A stretch of 64,000 nucleotides of DNA from Sulfurimonas sp. (GTDB lineage Bacteria > Campylobacterota > Campylobacteria > Campylobacterales > Sulfurimonadaceae). The position numbers and the translations under genes were made by a program. Below are positions 45,578 through 56,396 of this stretch, piece after piece. Each line of letters opens with the position of its first letter. Position 1 is the first letter of the stretch. The notes beneath the pieces were generated by a model. That model had not been told where the DNA came from. It did not search any database and was given only the letters and a program-made list of their open reading frames with translations. The stretch covers positions 6,660 to 70,659 of the forward strand of contig JALSLR010000014.1 in assembly GCA_026988245.1 (NCBI GenBank). The letters run 5' to 3'.

Positions 45578-47506
45578 ATGATGGAAATGTTTTTATATAT
45601 AGCACTATTTTCACCATTAGTAGGCTCTTTGTTTGCTGCATTATTTAGCATGTCTCCAAAGACACTATGGGCTGGAGTAGTTCCAAGTATGTTGCTTGGA
45701 CTATCTCTCATTAGTTCAACTATCCTTTTGTTGATGGTTCTTAAAACTGGGACTACTCTACATGTCGAGATGATGACATGGATGGCTACTGGAGATTTAT
45801 ATATCCCTTTTGGCTTCGTAGTTGATCAAGTTTCTATTACTATGATGATGGTTGTAACTTTAGTTTCAACTGTTGTGCATGTGTATGCTATAGGTTATAT
45901 GGATCACGATAAAGGCTTTAATCGTTTCTTTGCATGGTTATCAGCTTTTGTTTTTTCAATGATGATACTTGTTATGAGTGATAACTTTGCAGGTCTTTTC
46001 ATTGGTTGGGAAGGTGTTGGTCTTTGTTCATGGGGTCTTATTGGATTCTGGTATCATAAAGAGAGTGCTACTTGGGCAGCAAATGAAGCTTTTATTATGA
46101 ATCGTATCGCTGACCTTGGTATGCTTATCGGTATCTTTTTAATTTACTGGAACACAGGAAGCCTTCAATATGACGTAGCATTTCCTGCTTTTGCAGCTCT
46201 AGATACATCTACTTTGACTTGGATAGGTATCTTCTTATTTGTTGGTGCTATGGGTAAATCAGCTCAGTTCCCACTTCATACTTGGCTTGCAGATGCGATG
46301 GAGGGACCAACTCCTGTTTCTGCACTTATTCACGCAGCTACAATGGTAACGGCTGGTGTATACTTAGTAGTACGTTCAAATGAACTGTTTGCACTTATCC
46401 CTAATGTAGGTTTATTTATCGCGAGTCTTGGTGCTTTTGTTGCAATTTTTGCAGCTACTATGGCACTAGTAAATCGTGATATTAAAAGAGTTATCGCTTA
46501 CTCTACACTTTCGCAGTTAGGGTATATGTTTGCAGCTGCTGGTCTTGGTGCTTACTGGGTTGCGTTGTTTCACCTTATGGCTCATGCATTCTTTAAAGCA
46601 CTGCTGTTCCTTGGTGCTGGTAATGTTATGCATGCTATGCATGATGAACTAGATCCCTTTAAGATGGGTGGACTTGGGAAGCATATGAAAGCTACTATGA
46701 TTCTTATGACTTTAGCATCAGTAGCCTTAGCTGGAATCTTTCCACTTGCAGGGTTCTTCTCAAAAGATTTGATTCTTGAGGTTGCTTTTGTGGATCATCA
46801 TTTCCTTATCTATAGTGTGCTTCTTTTAACAGCTGGTTTAACTGCATTTTATTCATTTAGAATTATTGCGCTTATTTTCCATGGGGAAGATAGACATACT
46901 GCACTTGGTTTTCACCCACACGAAGCGTACAAGTTTATGTTGTGGGCTGTATCACCTTTAGCTATTTTAGCTGTAATTGCAGGATTTACTTTAAAGGGTG
47001 GATACTTTGAGATGGTAACAATGCTTCTTCCATCGACTGAGTACCATGTACATAACCATACTACGTACTGGATTATGACGATAGGGACACAGCTATTTGT
47101 ACTTATAGCAATCTTCTTTGCCTATAAAAAATATATAGCTAAAGGGATTAAAGTTCCTGATGGTACAAGTAAAATGGAAAATAGTTTTGGATATAAATTA
47201 CTTATCAATCAGTACTATATTCCATACTTTTATGAAGAGTATCTAGTAAAACCATACAGAGAACTTTCTACTGTATTGTGGGAAAAAATTGATATGAAAG
47301 TTGTTGATGCAACTGTTGATGGAATTGCTAATGTGTTCTACTCTACAGGTGAGGCAACAAGAGGGATGCAAAGTGGAAATTTATCTACTATGCTTAAATG
47401 GATGGTAGCTGGCTTAATTGGACTATTATCATTAGCTGTGGTTTTTGGACTAGCGGCTAGACACTCTGATAGTATAGTTTCTATACTATCTGGTTTAGGA
47501 GTTTAA
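45578..47506 (+). CDS. nuoL: NADH-quinone oxidoreductase subunit L
   Basis: 'GWEGVGLCSW', 'GKSAQFPLHTWLADAMEGPTPVSALIHAATMVTAG'. Confidence 0.97.
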   Translation: MMEMFLYIALFSPLVGSLFAALFSMSPKTLWAGVVPSMLLGLSLISSTILLLMVLKTGTTLHVEMMTWMATGDLYIPFGFVVDQVSITMMMVVTLVSTVVHVYAIGYMDHDKGFNRFFAWLSAFVFSMMILVMSDNFAGLFIGWEGVGLCSWGLIGFWYHKESATWAANEAFIMNRIADLGMLIGIFLIYWNTGSLQYDVAFPAFAALDTSTLTWIGIFLFVGAMGKSAQFPLHTWLADAMEGPTPVSALIHAATMVTAGVYLVVRSNELFALIPNVGLFIASLGAFVAIFAATMALVNRDIKRVIAYSTLSQLGYMFAAAGLGAYWVALFHLMAHAFFKALLFLGAGNVMHAMHDELDPFKMGGLGKHMKATMILMTLASVALAGIFPLAGFFSKDLILEVAFVDHHFLIYSVLLLTAGLTAFYSFRIIALIFHGEDRHTALGFHPHEAYKFMLWAVSPLAILAVIAGFTLKGGYFEMVTMLLPSTEYHVHNHTTYWIMTIGTQLFVLIAIFFAYKKYIAKGIKVPDGTSKMENSFGYKLLINQYYIPYFYEEYLVKPYRELSTVLWEKIDMKVVDATVDGIANVFYSTGEATRGMQSGNLSTMLKWMVAGLIGLLSLAVVFGLAARHSDSIVSILSGLGV

Positions 47507-47509
47507 TAG

Positions 47510-49063
47510 ATGTTAGATCATATCTTATCGATTTTAATTTTCTTTCCAGCACTCGCAGCAGTGCTTGGTTTTGTAGTTCACAAAGATAGTATGCGTGCTT
47601 ATGGTGTTGCTGTTGCAACTATTGAGTTTGTGCTAGCTTTATGGCTTTGGTTCGCCTTTGATAATAGTGTATCTGGTATGCAGTTTATGGAACACTTACC
47701 TCTCATTCCAGCATTTGGAATTAACTATATTTTAGGTGTAGATGGTATTAGTCTATTTATAGTTATCTTAGCAGCATTTTTTACAATGATTGGGATAGCT
47801 TCACTAACAGATACTCCAAATGTTAAAAATATGATTATTACCTTGTTATTTTTACAGATGACAATGGTTGGTGTGTTTTTAGCACTTGATGCAATGGTCT
47901 TTTATGTGTTTTGGGAACTTTCACTCGTGCCAATGCTATATATCATTGGTGCATGGGGTGGTCCTAAGCGTATATATGCATCTGTTAAGTTTTTCTTATA
48001 TACATTTGCAGGTTCACTTGTGATGCTAGTGGGTGTACTGTTTATGGCATACTTTTATTATCAAGCAACTGGTCAATGGTCTTTTGCAATACTTGATTGG
48101 TATAGACTTATACTTCCATTTTCTTTTCAGTTATGGTTATTTGCTGCATTTTTTATCGGGTTTGCTATTAAGGTTCCTATGTTTCCATTTCATACTTGGT
48201 TACCATATGCGCATGGTCAGGCACCAACGATTGGTTCTGTGATACTTGCTGCAATTTTGTTGAAAATGGGTACATACGCATTTATCCGTTTTTCACTTCC
48301 ATTGTTTCCAGATGCGTCAACATATTTTATGTATCCTATAGCTATTTTAGCGATAATTATGATTATATACACAGCTATGGTAGCATATGCTCAAAAAGAT
48401 GTGAAGCAAGTTGTTGCTTACTCTTCGGTATCTCATATGGGTGTTATCATACTTGGAACTTTTGCTTTAAATGTTGAAGGTATCTCAGGAAGTATTTTCC
48501 TTATGATTGCGCATGGTGTGGTTTCAGGTGCACTCTTCTTACTTGTAGGTGTTATCTATGATAGACGTCATACGAAGCTTATGAGTGAGTTTGGTGGTTT
48601 AGCATCTGTCATGCCTAAGTTTGCTACTATCTTTGGTATCATGATGATGGCTTCTGTTGGTTTACCTTTAACAATTAACTTTGTGGGTGAGTTCTTATCA
48701 CTACTTGGTTTTTATCAGCAGTCACACATCTTAACTCTTTTAGCAGGAATTGCTATTATAGTTGGTGCTATCTATATGTTAGCAGCCTACAAAAAGATGT
48801 TTTTTGGTGAAGTTACAAAAGAGGAAAATAAAAATCTTCCAGATGTAAATAAACGTGAATTGATTGCGCTTATCCCTTTAGTAATTATTACTATTTGGTT
48901 AGGTATATATCCTAAACCTATTTTAGCACCTATCAACACAAGCGTAGAATCAGTCGTGCAACTCATGCATGACAAAGCTGTTACTGATGATGCTAAAGCA
49001 AGAATCCCTAACCTTATTCAAGGTGTAGAGATTACAAGAACTACGCAAAAGGGAGGTCACTAA
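47510..49063 (+). CDS. nuoM: NADH-quinone oxidoreductase subunit M
   Basis: 'FWELSLVP', 'KVPMFPFHTWLPYAH', 'LLKMG'. Confidence 0.96.
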   Translation: MLDHILSILIFFPALAAVLGFVVHKDSMRAYGVAVATIEFVLALWLWFAFDNSVSGMQFMEHLPLIPAFGINYILGVDGISLFIVILAAFFTMIGIASLTDTPNVKNMIITLLFLQMTMVGVFLALDAMVFYVFWELSLVPMLYIIGAWGGPKRIYASVKFFLYTFAGSLVMLVGVLFMAYFYYQATGQWSFAILDWYRLILPFSFQLWLFAAFFIGFAIKVPMFPFHTWLPYAHGQAPTIGSVILAAILLKMGTYAFIRFSLPLFPDASTYFMYPIAILAIIMIIYTAMVAYAQKDVKQVVAYSSVSHMGVIILGTFALNVEGISGSIFLMIAHGVVSGALFLLVGVIYDRRHTKLMSEFGGLASVMPKFATIFGIMMMASVGLPLTINFVGEFLSLLGFYQQSHILTLLAGIAIIVGAIYMLAAYKKMFFGEVTKEENKNLPDVNKRELIALIPLVIITIWLGIYPKPILAPINTSVESVVQLMHDKAVTDDAKARIPNLIQGVEITRTTQKGGH

Positions 49064-49064
49064 T

Positions 49065-50573
49065 ATGAGCCCAGTAAATGTTTCTATGGAGTCACTCAAC
49101 TTAGTGACTCTTGCACCAATGTTAATTCCTATCCTTGGCGCTTTATTAATTTTAATCGTTGACCTGTTTAAAGGTGGACTAGATAAAAGCTTATATGTAA
49201 TGTTAAGTTTACTCTTTCTTTTCATCGACTTTAATGCCCTGTTAAATTCTGCAGGAGTATTTACACAAAGTGGAACGATTATGGGTGTATTTGATGTGAT
49301 GCTCATAGATGGTTTAGCTATCATCTCTCAGTTCATCATTGTTGGTGCATCTATGCTTTTTATTCCACTAGCACTTACGCATAAGCGTTTTCATGAGTTC
49401 GCATACCCTGAGTTCTTTGCACTTTTCTTATTTATGATTGGTGGATTCCAATTTATGGTTTCAACTGATAACTTAATTCTTGTTTTTGTAGGTCTTGAAA
49501 CTGCTTCTTTAGCACTTTATACACTTATAGCTATGCACAACCGTGAGAAAAGTTTTGAAGCAGCTATCAAGTACTTTACTATGGGTGCCTTAGCTGCAGG
49601 TTTTTACTCTTTTGGTTCAATGGTGTTTTATGCACTTACTGGCAGTATAGAGATTAATCAAATCGCAGCGGTATTAAATGCTAATAATTATGCAGATATT
49701 GGCTTCGTACTTATAGCAGTTGTATTTATGTTAGCATCATTTGGTTTCAAACTCTCAATGGTACCATTTCACACTTGGACACCAGATGTTTATGAAGGTT
49801 CTTCCGCTGCACTTGCTGGATATATGTCAATCGTACCTAAGATAGCTGCCTTTGTTGTATCTATGCGTATCTTTGAATTTTTAATTCATAGTGGTGTAGT
49901 TTGGCTTGAAGTAGTCCTTTACATCATGGTTGTAGTAACGATGACCGCTTCAAATATTTGGGCACTTGTGCAAACAGATGTAAAGCGTATGCTTGCATAC
50001 TCATCAATCTCTCATGCAGGTTTTGTTATGGCTGCTATCCTCATAGGGACGACACAGTCTAACTCAGCACTGTTTTTGTACTGGATACTTTTTAGTTTTA
50101 CTAACCTAGGATCATTCTCAATGTTATGGATAAGTAGACAAAAAAATCTTCCTGCACATCAAAGTTCAGATCATTCATTTAGTAAATTCTCTGGTATGAT
50201 AAAAACATCACCAATGGCAGCATCTATTATGGCACTTTTTATGTTAAGTTTAGCGGGTCTGCCTCCTTTTGCTCTATTTTGGGGTAAGATGTATATGATT
50301 AGTTCAGCTGTGACAGGTGGGTATACTGTTTTAGCACTAATTATGGCACTTAACTCAGCGATAGCTGGGTACTATTACTTAAAACTTATAGTATATATGT
50401 TTATGATGGAGCCACATAGAGAAAGTCTTGGTGGAGAGGTATATGTATCAAACGCAACTGGTGCACTTAAAACTATCATTGGTATTGCGACACTAGGAAC
50501 TATATTTGCTTTCTTAACAGTAAACCCAATACTTGAATTTGTGACAACATTCGTTTACAATAGCGGGTATTAA
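49065..50573 (+). CDS. nuoN: NADH-quinone oxidoreductase subunit N
   Basis: 'EAAIKYF', 'FKLSMVPFHTWTPDVYEG', 'KRMLAYSSISHAG'. Confidence 0.96.
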   Translation: MSPVNVSMESLNLVTLAPMLIPILGALLILIVDLFKGGLDKSLYVMLSLLFLFIDFNALLNSAGVFTQSGTIMGVFDVMLIDGLAIISQFIIVGASMLFIPLALTHKRFHEFAYPEFFALFLFMIGGFQFMVSTDNLILVFVGLETASLALYTLIAMHNREKSFEAAIKYFTMGALAAGFYSFGSMVFYALTGSIEINQIAAVLNANNYADIGFVLIAVVFMLASFGFKLSMVPFHTWTPDVYEGSSAALAGYMSIVPKIAAFVVSMRIFEFLIHSGVVWLEVVLYIMVVVTMTASNIWALVQTDVKRMLAYSSISHAGFVMAAILIGTTQSNSALFLYWILFSFTNLGSFSMLWISRQKNLPAHQSSDHSFSKFSGMIKTSPMAASIMALFMLSLAGLPPFALFWGKMYMISSAVTGGYTVLALIMALNSAIAGYYYLKLIVYMFMMEPHRESLGGEVYVSNATGALKTIIGIATLGTIFAFLTVNPILEFVTTFVYNSGY

Positions 50574-50596
50574 AATATTTTAGATACTAAGGGAAC

Positions 50597-52987
50597 TTGA
50601 TTTTGTTTAAAACGATACTCTTTCCCTTCGCTTTCATACAATTATTAGCTTTAAATGCCTTTGCCCTAGAGATATCACTTCAAGGGGCAAAGCAAAATCA
50701 CCAAAATTATTCAATTTTACATATCAAAGATAAAGATAAGTTTTTATGTCAAAAAATTAAAGATAATTTTGATGTAACTGTCAAAGTAATATGTGCTTTT
50801 TCTAAAAAACCAACTCAAAAGATAAACACAATACAAAATGATTTTTTTCATATAGATACACAGATAAAGAAAAAAACTTTTTTCGTTATTATCAAACCTT
50901 ACAAGAAAATGAAGCTAGAACCTATCGTTTTTGATCTCACAAAAGATAAGACAGTGTTTGCATCAAAGGTGCAACTTGCAAAGCACTGGATGATTACAGG
51001 TTATATAGAGAGCTTACCCTTTGCGAGAAAAGATCACTACAGTGCATCAGCTATAAATTTCCCAATATATTTAGATGAAGATATGTACCCTTATGTAGGT
51101 GGTCTAGATATACAGGGCAGACCTGTGAAAGTTAAACAAGTAAATGATGTAAAAGATTATATTAGAATTAAACGACTTTATAAAGAAAAAAAATATGAAC
51201 TGTGCTTGGACTTAACAGAGGAGGTCTTGTACGAATACCCTGACACTCTATTTAAGCCTGAACTTTTTTACTATAAAATGAAATTGCTTAAGCAAATGCA
51301 AGACTATGATGGGATTGTAGAGTTGTCTAAGCTTTATTTGCGGGAATATTCTTCAAATGATAATGTAGCAGAAGTTTTGTCCTTAACTGCCCTTGCGTAT
51401 GCAAAATTAGGTCAAAGCACAGATGCTGATTACTTCTTTGAAAGACTTTTTGATGAGCATATGCAAACTAAGTATGCTAAATGGGGTTTGATATATAAGG
51501 GTGAGATGTTTGAAGCTTCAGGGGATAGTTCGAAAGCTTTAGCTTATTATCAAAAAGCACTTAATCAAACTAGTGATATTGATGTAGCAGCTATGGCAGC
51601 TTTTAGAATTGCTAAGTATAAGATTAATTATGGTGATAAGAGTTCTGCCGCTTCATATATAGCTAAAATTATCAAAGCAAAACCAGCATTTTTTAAGTCT
51701 GAATATAATGCATCTAAAGAGGTGATGGAGCAGTTTGTTACAGAGGGTGATTATTTTACAGCATCAAGAATTGCTGAGGCTCTTTTGATAGATATAAATA
51801 AAGAGGATGATGATGCTGAGATACTCCTCAAAGATGCAGGGATATGGCTTGCTAAAACAGGTGAGAAACTAGAAGCTTTAGCCCTTTTAAATAGATATCT
51901 AAAAGAGTTTGATGAAGGACTTTATGAAGCAGATGTCCTTATAGCGAAAGATGCTCTGTTCTTTGATGTGGATGAAGATGATAATGTAAGCTCTAAACTT
52001 ATACATTTAGATACACTCATAGCATCATACCCTAATGATATAATAGGTGATAGAGCGCTTTATGAAAAAGCAAAACTTTTACTAAAAAATGAAAAATATA
52101 AAGATGTTTTAGAGTTTGAAAAAGAACTCTTAAAACTTGATGATACGAAGTATAAAGATATAGCTAGCATCATACATGACGCAGCAGTAGGCTTGATGAA
52201 AGTTTCGTTGAAAAATAATGCATGTAACCAGGTTTTAGCTACTTCAAATGAATACAACATTACACTTTCAGACAAGTGGGATGATGGGGTATATAGTTGT
52301 TCTATGAAAGGGGCTGATTATGCTCTTGCTAGAGCTACTGCCAAAAAGAACTTACATTCTAAAAATTTACAACAAAGAAAAAAATGGCTATACAGATATA
52401 TAAAAATAGATTTTGCAACGGGGAATTATAGTGATGTTATAGAAGCTTCAAATGAGCTCATAAGTTTAATTCAAAATGATAAGAATTCAAAATATTTTGA
52501 GGTCTATAGATATATGTTTGATACCTACCAAAGATTAGAGTCAGATCAAAAAATGCTTAAAGCTATTATACGATTACAAAAAATATTTGGACTTGACTAT
52601 AAAGATATAGAACGTTACGTTGCAGTGATGAGTGTAGGTTCTCGCCTTAAAGATGAAAATATTGTTATTAAATATGCACAAGATATTATGAAACTACAAG
52701 AAAAATCATCTTCATATACACAAAGTCCTTTTGTAGAGTTTAGCCTTTTTGAAGCTTATATGCAAAAAGAAAACTATAATAAAGCGCTTCGCATCATCAG
52801 CTCTTTAGAAAAATTACAATTAACAACACAGCAAAAGGCTAGACAACAGTACTTGCTAGGAAGTGTCTATACAAAGTTATGGCGCGATAAAGAAGCAATC
52901 ACAGCATATGATGAAGTTGTGAAGTTAGACCCAAGTAGTTCATGGGCTACCTTAGCTAAAGATGCTAAGGCGATTATAAATCAGTAA
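50597..52987 (+). CDS. pflA: Paralyzed flagella protein PflA (periplasmic TPR protein)
   Basis: 796 aa, signal peptide, beta-rich N-terminus then TPR-like helices. Position directly after nuoN as in C. jejuni. Confidence 0.72.
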   Translation: MILFKTILFPFAFIQLLALNAFALEISLQGAKQNHQNYSILHIKDKDKFLCQKIKDNFDVTVKVICAFSKKPTQKINTIQNDFFHIDTQIKKKTFFVIIKPYKKMKLEPIVFDLTKDKTVFASKVQLAKHWMITGYIESLPFARKDHYSASAINFPIYLDEDMYPYVGGLDIQGRPVKVKQVNDVKDYIRIKRLYKEKKYELCLDLTEEVLYEYPDTLFKPELFYYKMKLLKQMQDYDGIVELSKLYLREYSSNDNVAEVLSLTALAYAKLGQSTDADYFFERLFDEHMQTKYAKWGLIYKGEMFEASGDSSKALAYYQKALNQTSDIDVAAMAAFRIAKYKINYGDKSSAASYIAKIIKAKPAFFKSEYNASKEVMEQFVTEGDYFTASRIAEALLIDINKEDDDAEILLKDAGIWLAKTGEKLEALALLNRYLKEFDEGLYEADVLIAKDALFFDVDEDDNVSSKLIHLDTLIASYPNDIIGDRALYEKAKLLLKNEKYKDVLEFEKELLKLDDTKYKDIASIIHDAAVGLMKVSLKNNACNQVLATSNEYNITLSDKWDDGVYSCSMKGADYALARATAKKNLHSKNLQQRKKWLYRYIKIDFATGNYSDVIEASNELISLIQNDKNSKYFEVYRYMFDTYQRLESDQKMLKAIIRLQKIFGLDYKDIERYVAVMSVGSRLKDENIVIKYAQDIMKLQEKSSSYTQSPFVEFSLFEAYMQKENYNKALRIISSLEKLQLTTQQKARQQYLLGSVYTKLWRDKEAITAYDEVVKLDPSSSWATLAKDAKAIINQ

Positions 52988-52990
52988 ACT

Positions 52991-53758
52991 TTAAAGCTCT
53001 AAGCAGTCACTAATTGAATAGAGTGCAGATTCTTTATCTACTAACCAAGATGCAGCTCGGATAGCACCTTTGCTAAAAGTGTTTCTACTTGTAGCTGTAT
53101 GATTTAGCTCTATAAATTCACCATCATTATAAAAACCTACAGTATGGCGACCGACGATATCTCCACCTCGAAGAGCCATTACAGCTATCTCATCTTGAGT
53201 ACGTTGACCAATATTGCCATCACGACCACTTACGCGAACTTTGTCTAAGTCTAAGTTGCGTCCACGTGCAGCAGATTCACCAAGAGTTAGTGCAGTACCA
53301 CTTGGCGCATCTTTTTTATGCTTGTGGTGCATTTCAACTATCTCTATATCAAAACCATCGAGTGCCGCTGAGGCTTGATAGACTAACTTATTTAAAAGTG
53401 CTACACCTAAGGACATATTTGTTGCATATAAAATGGGCATTTTTTCACTTGCTTGTTTGAGTAAGTTAAGTTGATGTGCGCTGAGCCCAGTTGTGCCTAT
53501 AACTAAAGGTTTAGGAGTAAGCATAACAGCTTCTAAAAGAGCCTCACAAGCCTCAGGAAGTGAAAAGTCTATCACTATATCACATCCATTAAGAAAGGAA
53601 TTTATATCTGTTGTAACCATTACTGATGGGTCTATTGAGAAGTTAAGCTCATTTCTTACATAGACAGAACTAAGACTGATGTCAGCTGTCTCTTTTAAAT
53701 CATCAATAAGAAGTTTGCCAACTCTTCCATTTGCTCCAAATACTCCAACTTTAACCAT
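52991..53758 (-). CDS. dapB: 4-hydroxy-tetrahydrodipicolinate reductase
   Basis: 'GANGRVG', 'VIGTTG', 'EMHHKHKKDAPSGTA', 'RGGDIVGRH'. Confidence 0.96.
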   Translation of the reverse strand: MVKVGVFGANGRVGKLLIDDLKETADISLSSVYVRNELNFSIDPSVMVTTDINSFLNGCDIVIDFSLPEACEALLEAVMLTPKPLVIGTTGLSAHQLNLLKQASEKMPILYATNMSLGVALLNKLVYQASAALDGFDIEIVEMHHKHKKDAPSGTALTLGESAARGRNLDLDKVRVSGRDGNIGQRTQDEIAVMALRGGDIVGRHTVGFYNDGEFIELNHTATSRNTFSKGAIRAASWLVDKESALYSISDCLEL

Positions 53759-53805
53759 AGTGATAACCTCGCATAATTATTTTTGAAATGATAACAAATC
53801 TTTGA

Positions 53806-54447
53806 TTAAACTAAGACATAATAGTAGATTGCAAAAAACTGAAATGCTGAACCTGCTAAAACAAAGAGATGCCAAATAGCATGCCAGTAATTTTTATGGT
53901 CTTTGATGTAAAAAATAATACCTGTAGTATAGGAGACTCCACCCGCAACTATGAGGTAAAATCCAACACTCTGTATGCTAGACTTTAGCTCATCTATCGC
54001 TAGAACTATGAGCCAGCCCATCACGAGGTATGCGACAAGGGAAAAGAGTTCAAATCGGTTTGGATATTTGAATTTTAAAAATATACCAACCAACGCAATA
54101 AACCACTCTACACTAAATATACTCCAGCCAATAACTCCACCAATACTTACAAGGACTATAGGGGTATAAGTTCCCGCGATAAGAAAGTAGATAGCACTAT
54201 GATCAAACTTTTGAAAGAGTTGCTTTAAATCTGTTTTTTTAGAACTATGATAAAGCGTAGAACTACCGTACATGATAACTAGCGAGCTACCGTAGATGAT
54301 AGCAGATAAAAGAGCTACTGTCTTAGCATCATGGGTAATATAGAGGAGTGATGCTAAGGCTATGATACTAAGGAGTAAACCTAGACCATGAGTGATAGAA
54401 TGCCAAAACTCCTCAGCTAGTGAGAAGTTATTTACTTCATTTGACAA
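53806..54447 (-). CDS. Hemolysin III / PAQR family membrane protein (TrhA/YqfA-like)
   Basis: 'HSITHG', 'SSTLYH', 'DHSAIYFLIAGTYTP', 'HAIWHLFV'. Confidence 0.93.
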   Translation of the reverse strand: MSNEVNNFSLAEEFWHSITHGLGLLLSIIALASLLYITHDAKTVALLSAIIYGSSLVIMYGSSTLYHSSKKTDLKQLFQKFDHSAIYFLIAGTYTPIVLVSIGGVIGWSIFSVEWFIALVGIFLKFKYPNRFELFSLVAYLVMGWLIVLAIDELKSSIQSVGFYLIVAGGVSYTTGIIFYIKDHKNYWHAIWHLFVLAGSAFQFFAIYYYVLV

Positions 54448-55389
54448 CTAGTTAAGTAACTCATCCACATAAGAGATAACCTGTAGTGCAGCAACGGCAC
54501 CATCTCCTGCAGCAGATACTACTTGTTTTGGAGCAGCGATACGCATGTCACCAGTAGCATAAAGTCCAGCTACAGAGGTAGTCATGCTGATATCAACGAT
54601 AACTTGTCCTTGTTCATTCATATCACATAAAAAGCTTCCATCTTCTTGTATGAGTGTTTGGTTGTTTACATCGTTACCAACAAAGGTAAATACACCCGGA
54701 ACTGTAATGTCACGAATCTCACCATCTTTGTTTTTTACTTTAATCCCTGTTACACCCATATTATCACCATATACTTCTTCTGGTGATGAGTTGAGAACTA
54801 GCTCTATATTTTCAGTTCTTTTTATTCTTGCAACAGTGTTTGGAGCTGAACGAAAAGTGTCACGTCTATGGATGAGGTATACTTTAGAACAAATTTTTGC
54901 AAGGTAAAGTGCTTCTTCTAGTGCAGTATCTCCCCCTCCAACAACAGCGACTTCTTTACCTTTATAGAAAAAACCATCACAGGTTGCACAGGTACTTACA
55001 CCTTTTCCAAAGAACTCGTCTTCACCTGCAAATCCAGCACGTCTTGGAGAGGAACCTGTCCCTATGATAACTGAGTGTGCCTGTGCTGTCTCTCCACCCT
55101 CTTTATGGATAGTAAAGATATCACCCTCTTTAGTGATGCGTACTATATTTACCATCTCATGTTTGAGACCAAACTTTTGACATTGCTCTGGCCATGGTGT
55201 CATGAGGTCCATACCCGTTATCTCACCAACAACACCTGGGTAGTTTTCTATCTCGCTAGAGTTCATAATCTGCCCACCAGGCATACCTTTTTCAAACATA
55301 GTTACATTTTCTAGTCCACCCCGTGTAGTGTAAAGCCCAGCTGTAAGCCCAGCAGGACCCCCACCTATAATTGCACAGTCTAATATCAT
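54448..55389 (-). CDS. trxB: Thioredoxin-disulfide reductase
   Basis: '[10 protein letters not shown]', 'CATCDG', 'GGGDTALEE', 'HRRD'. Confidence 0.96.
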   Translation of the reverse strand: MILDCAIIGGGPAGLTAGLYTTRGGLENVTMFEKGMPGGQIMNSSEIENYPGVVGEITGMDLMTPWPEQCQKFGLKHEMVNIVRITKEGDIFTIHKEGGETAQAHSVIIGTGSSPRRAGFAGEDEFFGKGVSTCATCDGFFYKGKEVAVVGGGDTALEEALYLAKICSKVYLIHRRDTFRSAPNTVARIKRTENIELVLNSSPEEVYGDNMGVTGIKVKNKDGEIRDITVPGVFTFVGNDVNNQTLIQEDGSFLCDMNEQGQVIVDISMTTSVAGLYATGDMRIAAPKQVVSAAGDGAVAALQVISYVDELLN

Positions 55390-55405
55390 TTTTTGTTCCT
55401 TGATT

Positions 55406-55897
55406 TTATAGTTGATTGACTTCAGATGTTAAATCATCTAAATTGTCTAGTTTACGTATCATACTATCTTGTTTATAAAGAGTCTCTTTAGATTTCTTTA
55501 TAAAGAAAATAGATGGGGATTCATAAATGTTAAAGCGTTGTATGAAGTTGAGTGAATTTTTTGTTCCGCTTCGTAAAAAGGTGGTAGTTTTTGAATTTGT
55601 TCTTACAGTATTGTAGTAATCTATGGCAATAATAGGTATGTTCAAATCAACTTTTGCTAATTTTTCTTGGGTATCTGAGTCTCGTGAACTATAAAATACA
55701 ACTATATATTTTTCTTCTTTAGGGGTAAAGATGTCACTTTTTTCATAAAAAGTCCATTTTTTAAAGTCGATAAACTTGTATTCTGAGAATTTGTAGTTAA
55801 AGTAAGCAAAAGCTCCAGCTATGAGTGCTGAGCCAAAAAAAGAGGCAAGAAGAGTGGAGAGAGAAAAGAGGCTTTTGCCACCTTTTTTCTTTGCCAC
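55406..55897 (-). CDS. Membrane-anchored hypothetical protein, possible Cys-less thioredoxin fold
   Basis: N-terminal TM, 'YIVVFYSS', 'IIAID', '[13 protein letters not shown]'. No cysteine. Confidence 0.7.
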   Translation of the reverse strand: MAKKKGGKSLFSLSTLLASFFGSALIAGAFAYFNYKFSEYKFIDFKKWTFYEKSDIFTPKEEKYIVVFYSSRDSDTQEKLAKVDLNIPIIAIDYYNTVRTNSKTTTFLRSGTKNSLNFIQRFNIYESPSIFFIKKSKETLYKQDSMIRKLDNLDDLTSEVNQL

Positions 55898-55913
55898 TAT
55901 ACTTCGTTAAAAA

Positions 55914-56234
55914 TTACGCTAAAAGAGCGTCGATTTTTTCTGCTAGAGCAGCTTTTGACTGTGCTCCAACAACTTGATCAACCATTTCACCATCTTTAAA
56001 GAACATAATAGTTGGGATTGAACGGATACCAAATTTAACAGCGATATCTTGTTCCTCATCTGTATTTACCTTACAGATGTTTGCTTTACCTTCGTAATCG
56101 TCCGCTAATTCTTCAATTACAGGAGCGATCATACGACATGGTCCACACCATGGTGCCCAAAAGTCTACCAATGATACACCCTTAGATAATGTTTCTTCAA
56201 AGTCTGCGCCAGTTAATTCTATGTATTTACCCAT
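55914..56234 (-). CDS. trxA: Thioredoxin
   Basis: WCGPC, 'GIRSIPT'. Confidence 0.98.
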   Translation of the reverse strand: MGKYIELTGADFEETLSKGVSLVDFWAPWCGPCRMIAPVIEELADDYEGKANICKVNTDEEQDIAVKFGIRSIPTIMFFKDGEMVDQVVGAQSKAALAEKIDALLA

Positions 56235-56323
56235 TATGAGTCCTTGTTATTTTAATTATTATAAGAGTATTATACCTGCTAAATATTAAATAAGACTTTT
56301 GTGAACATCTTGTTTTTATGCTA

Positions 56324-56365
56324 TTAACTAGATTTAACATTACATTTAAGAACATAATGTATACT
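56324..56365 (+). promoter_or_regulatory. Candidate NssR/Crp-Fnr class II site and -10 box of the globin gene
   Basis: TTAAC-taga-TTTAA (1 mismatch to TTAAC-N4-GTTAA), centred about 41.5 bp upstream of the TSS predicted from TATACT (56360-56365). Confidence 0.5.
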
Positions 56366-56396
56366 TTTCTAATATTAATAGAGAGATAGGACTTTT

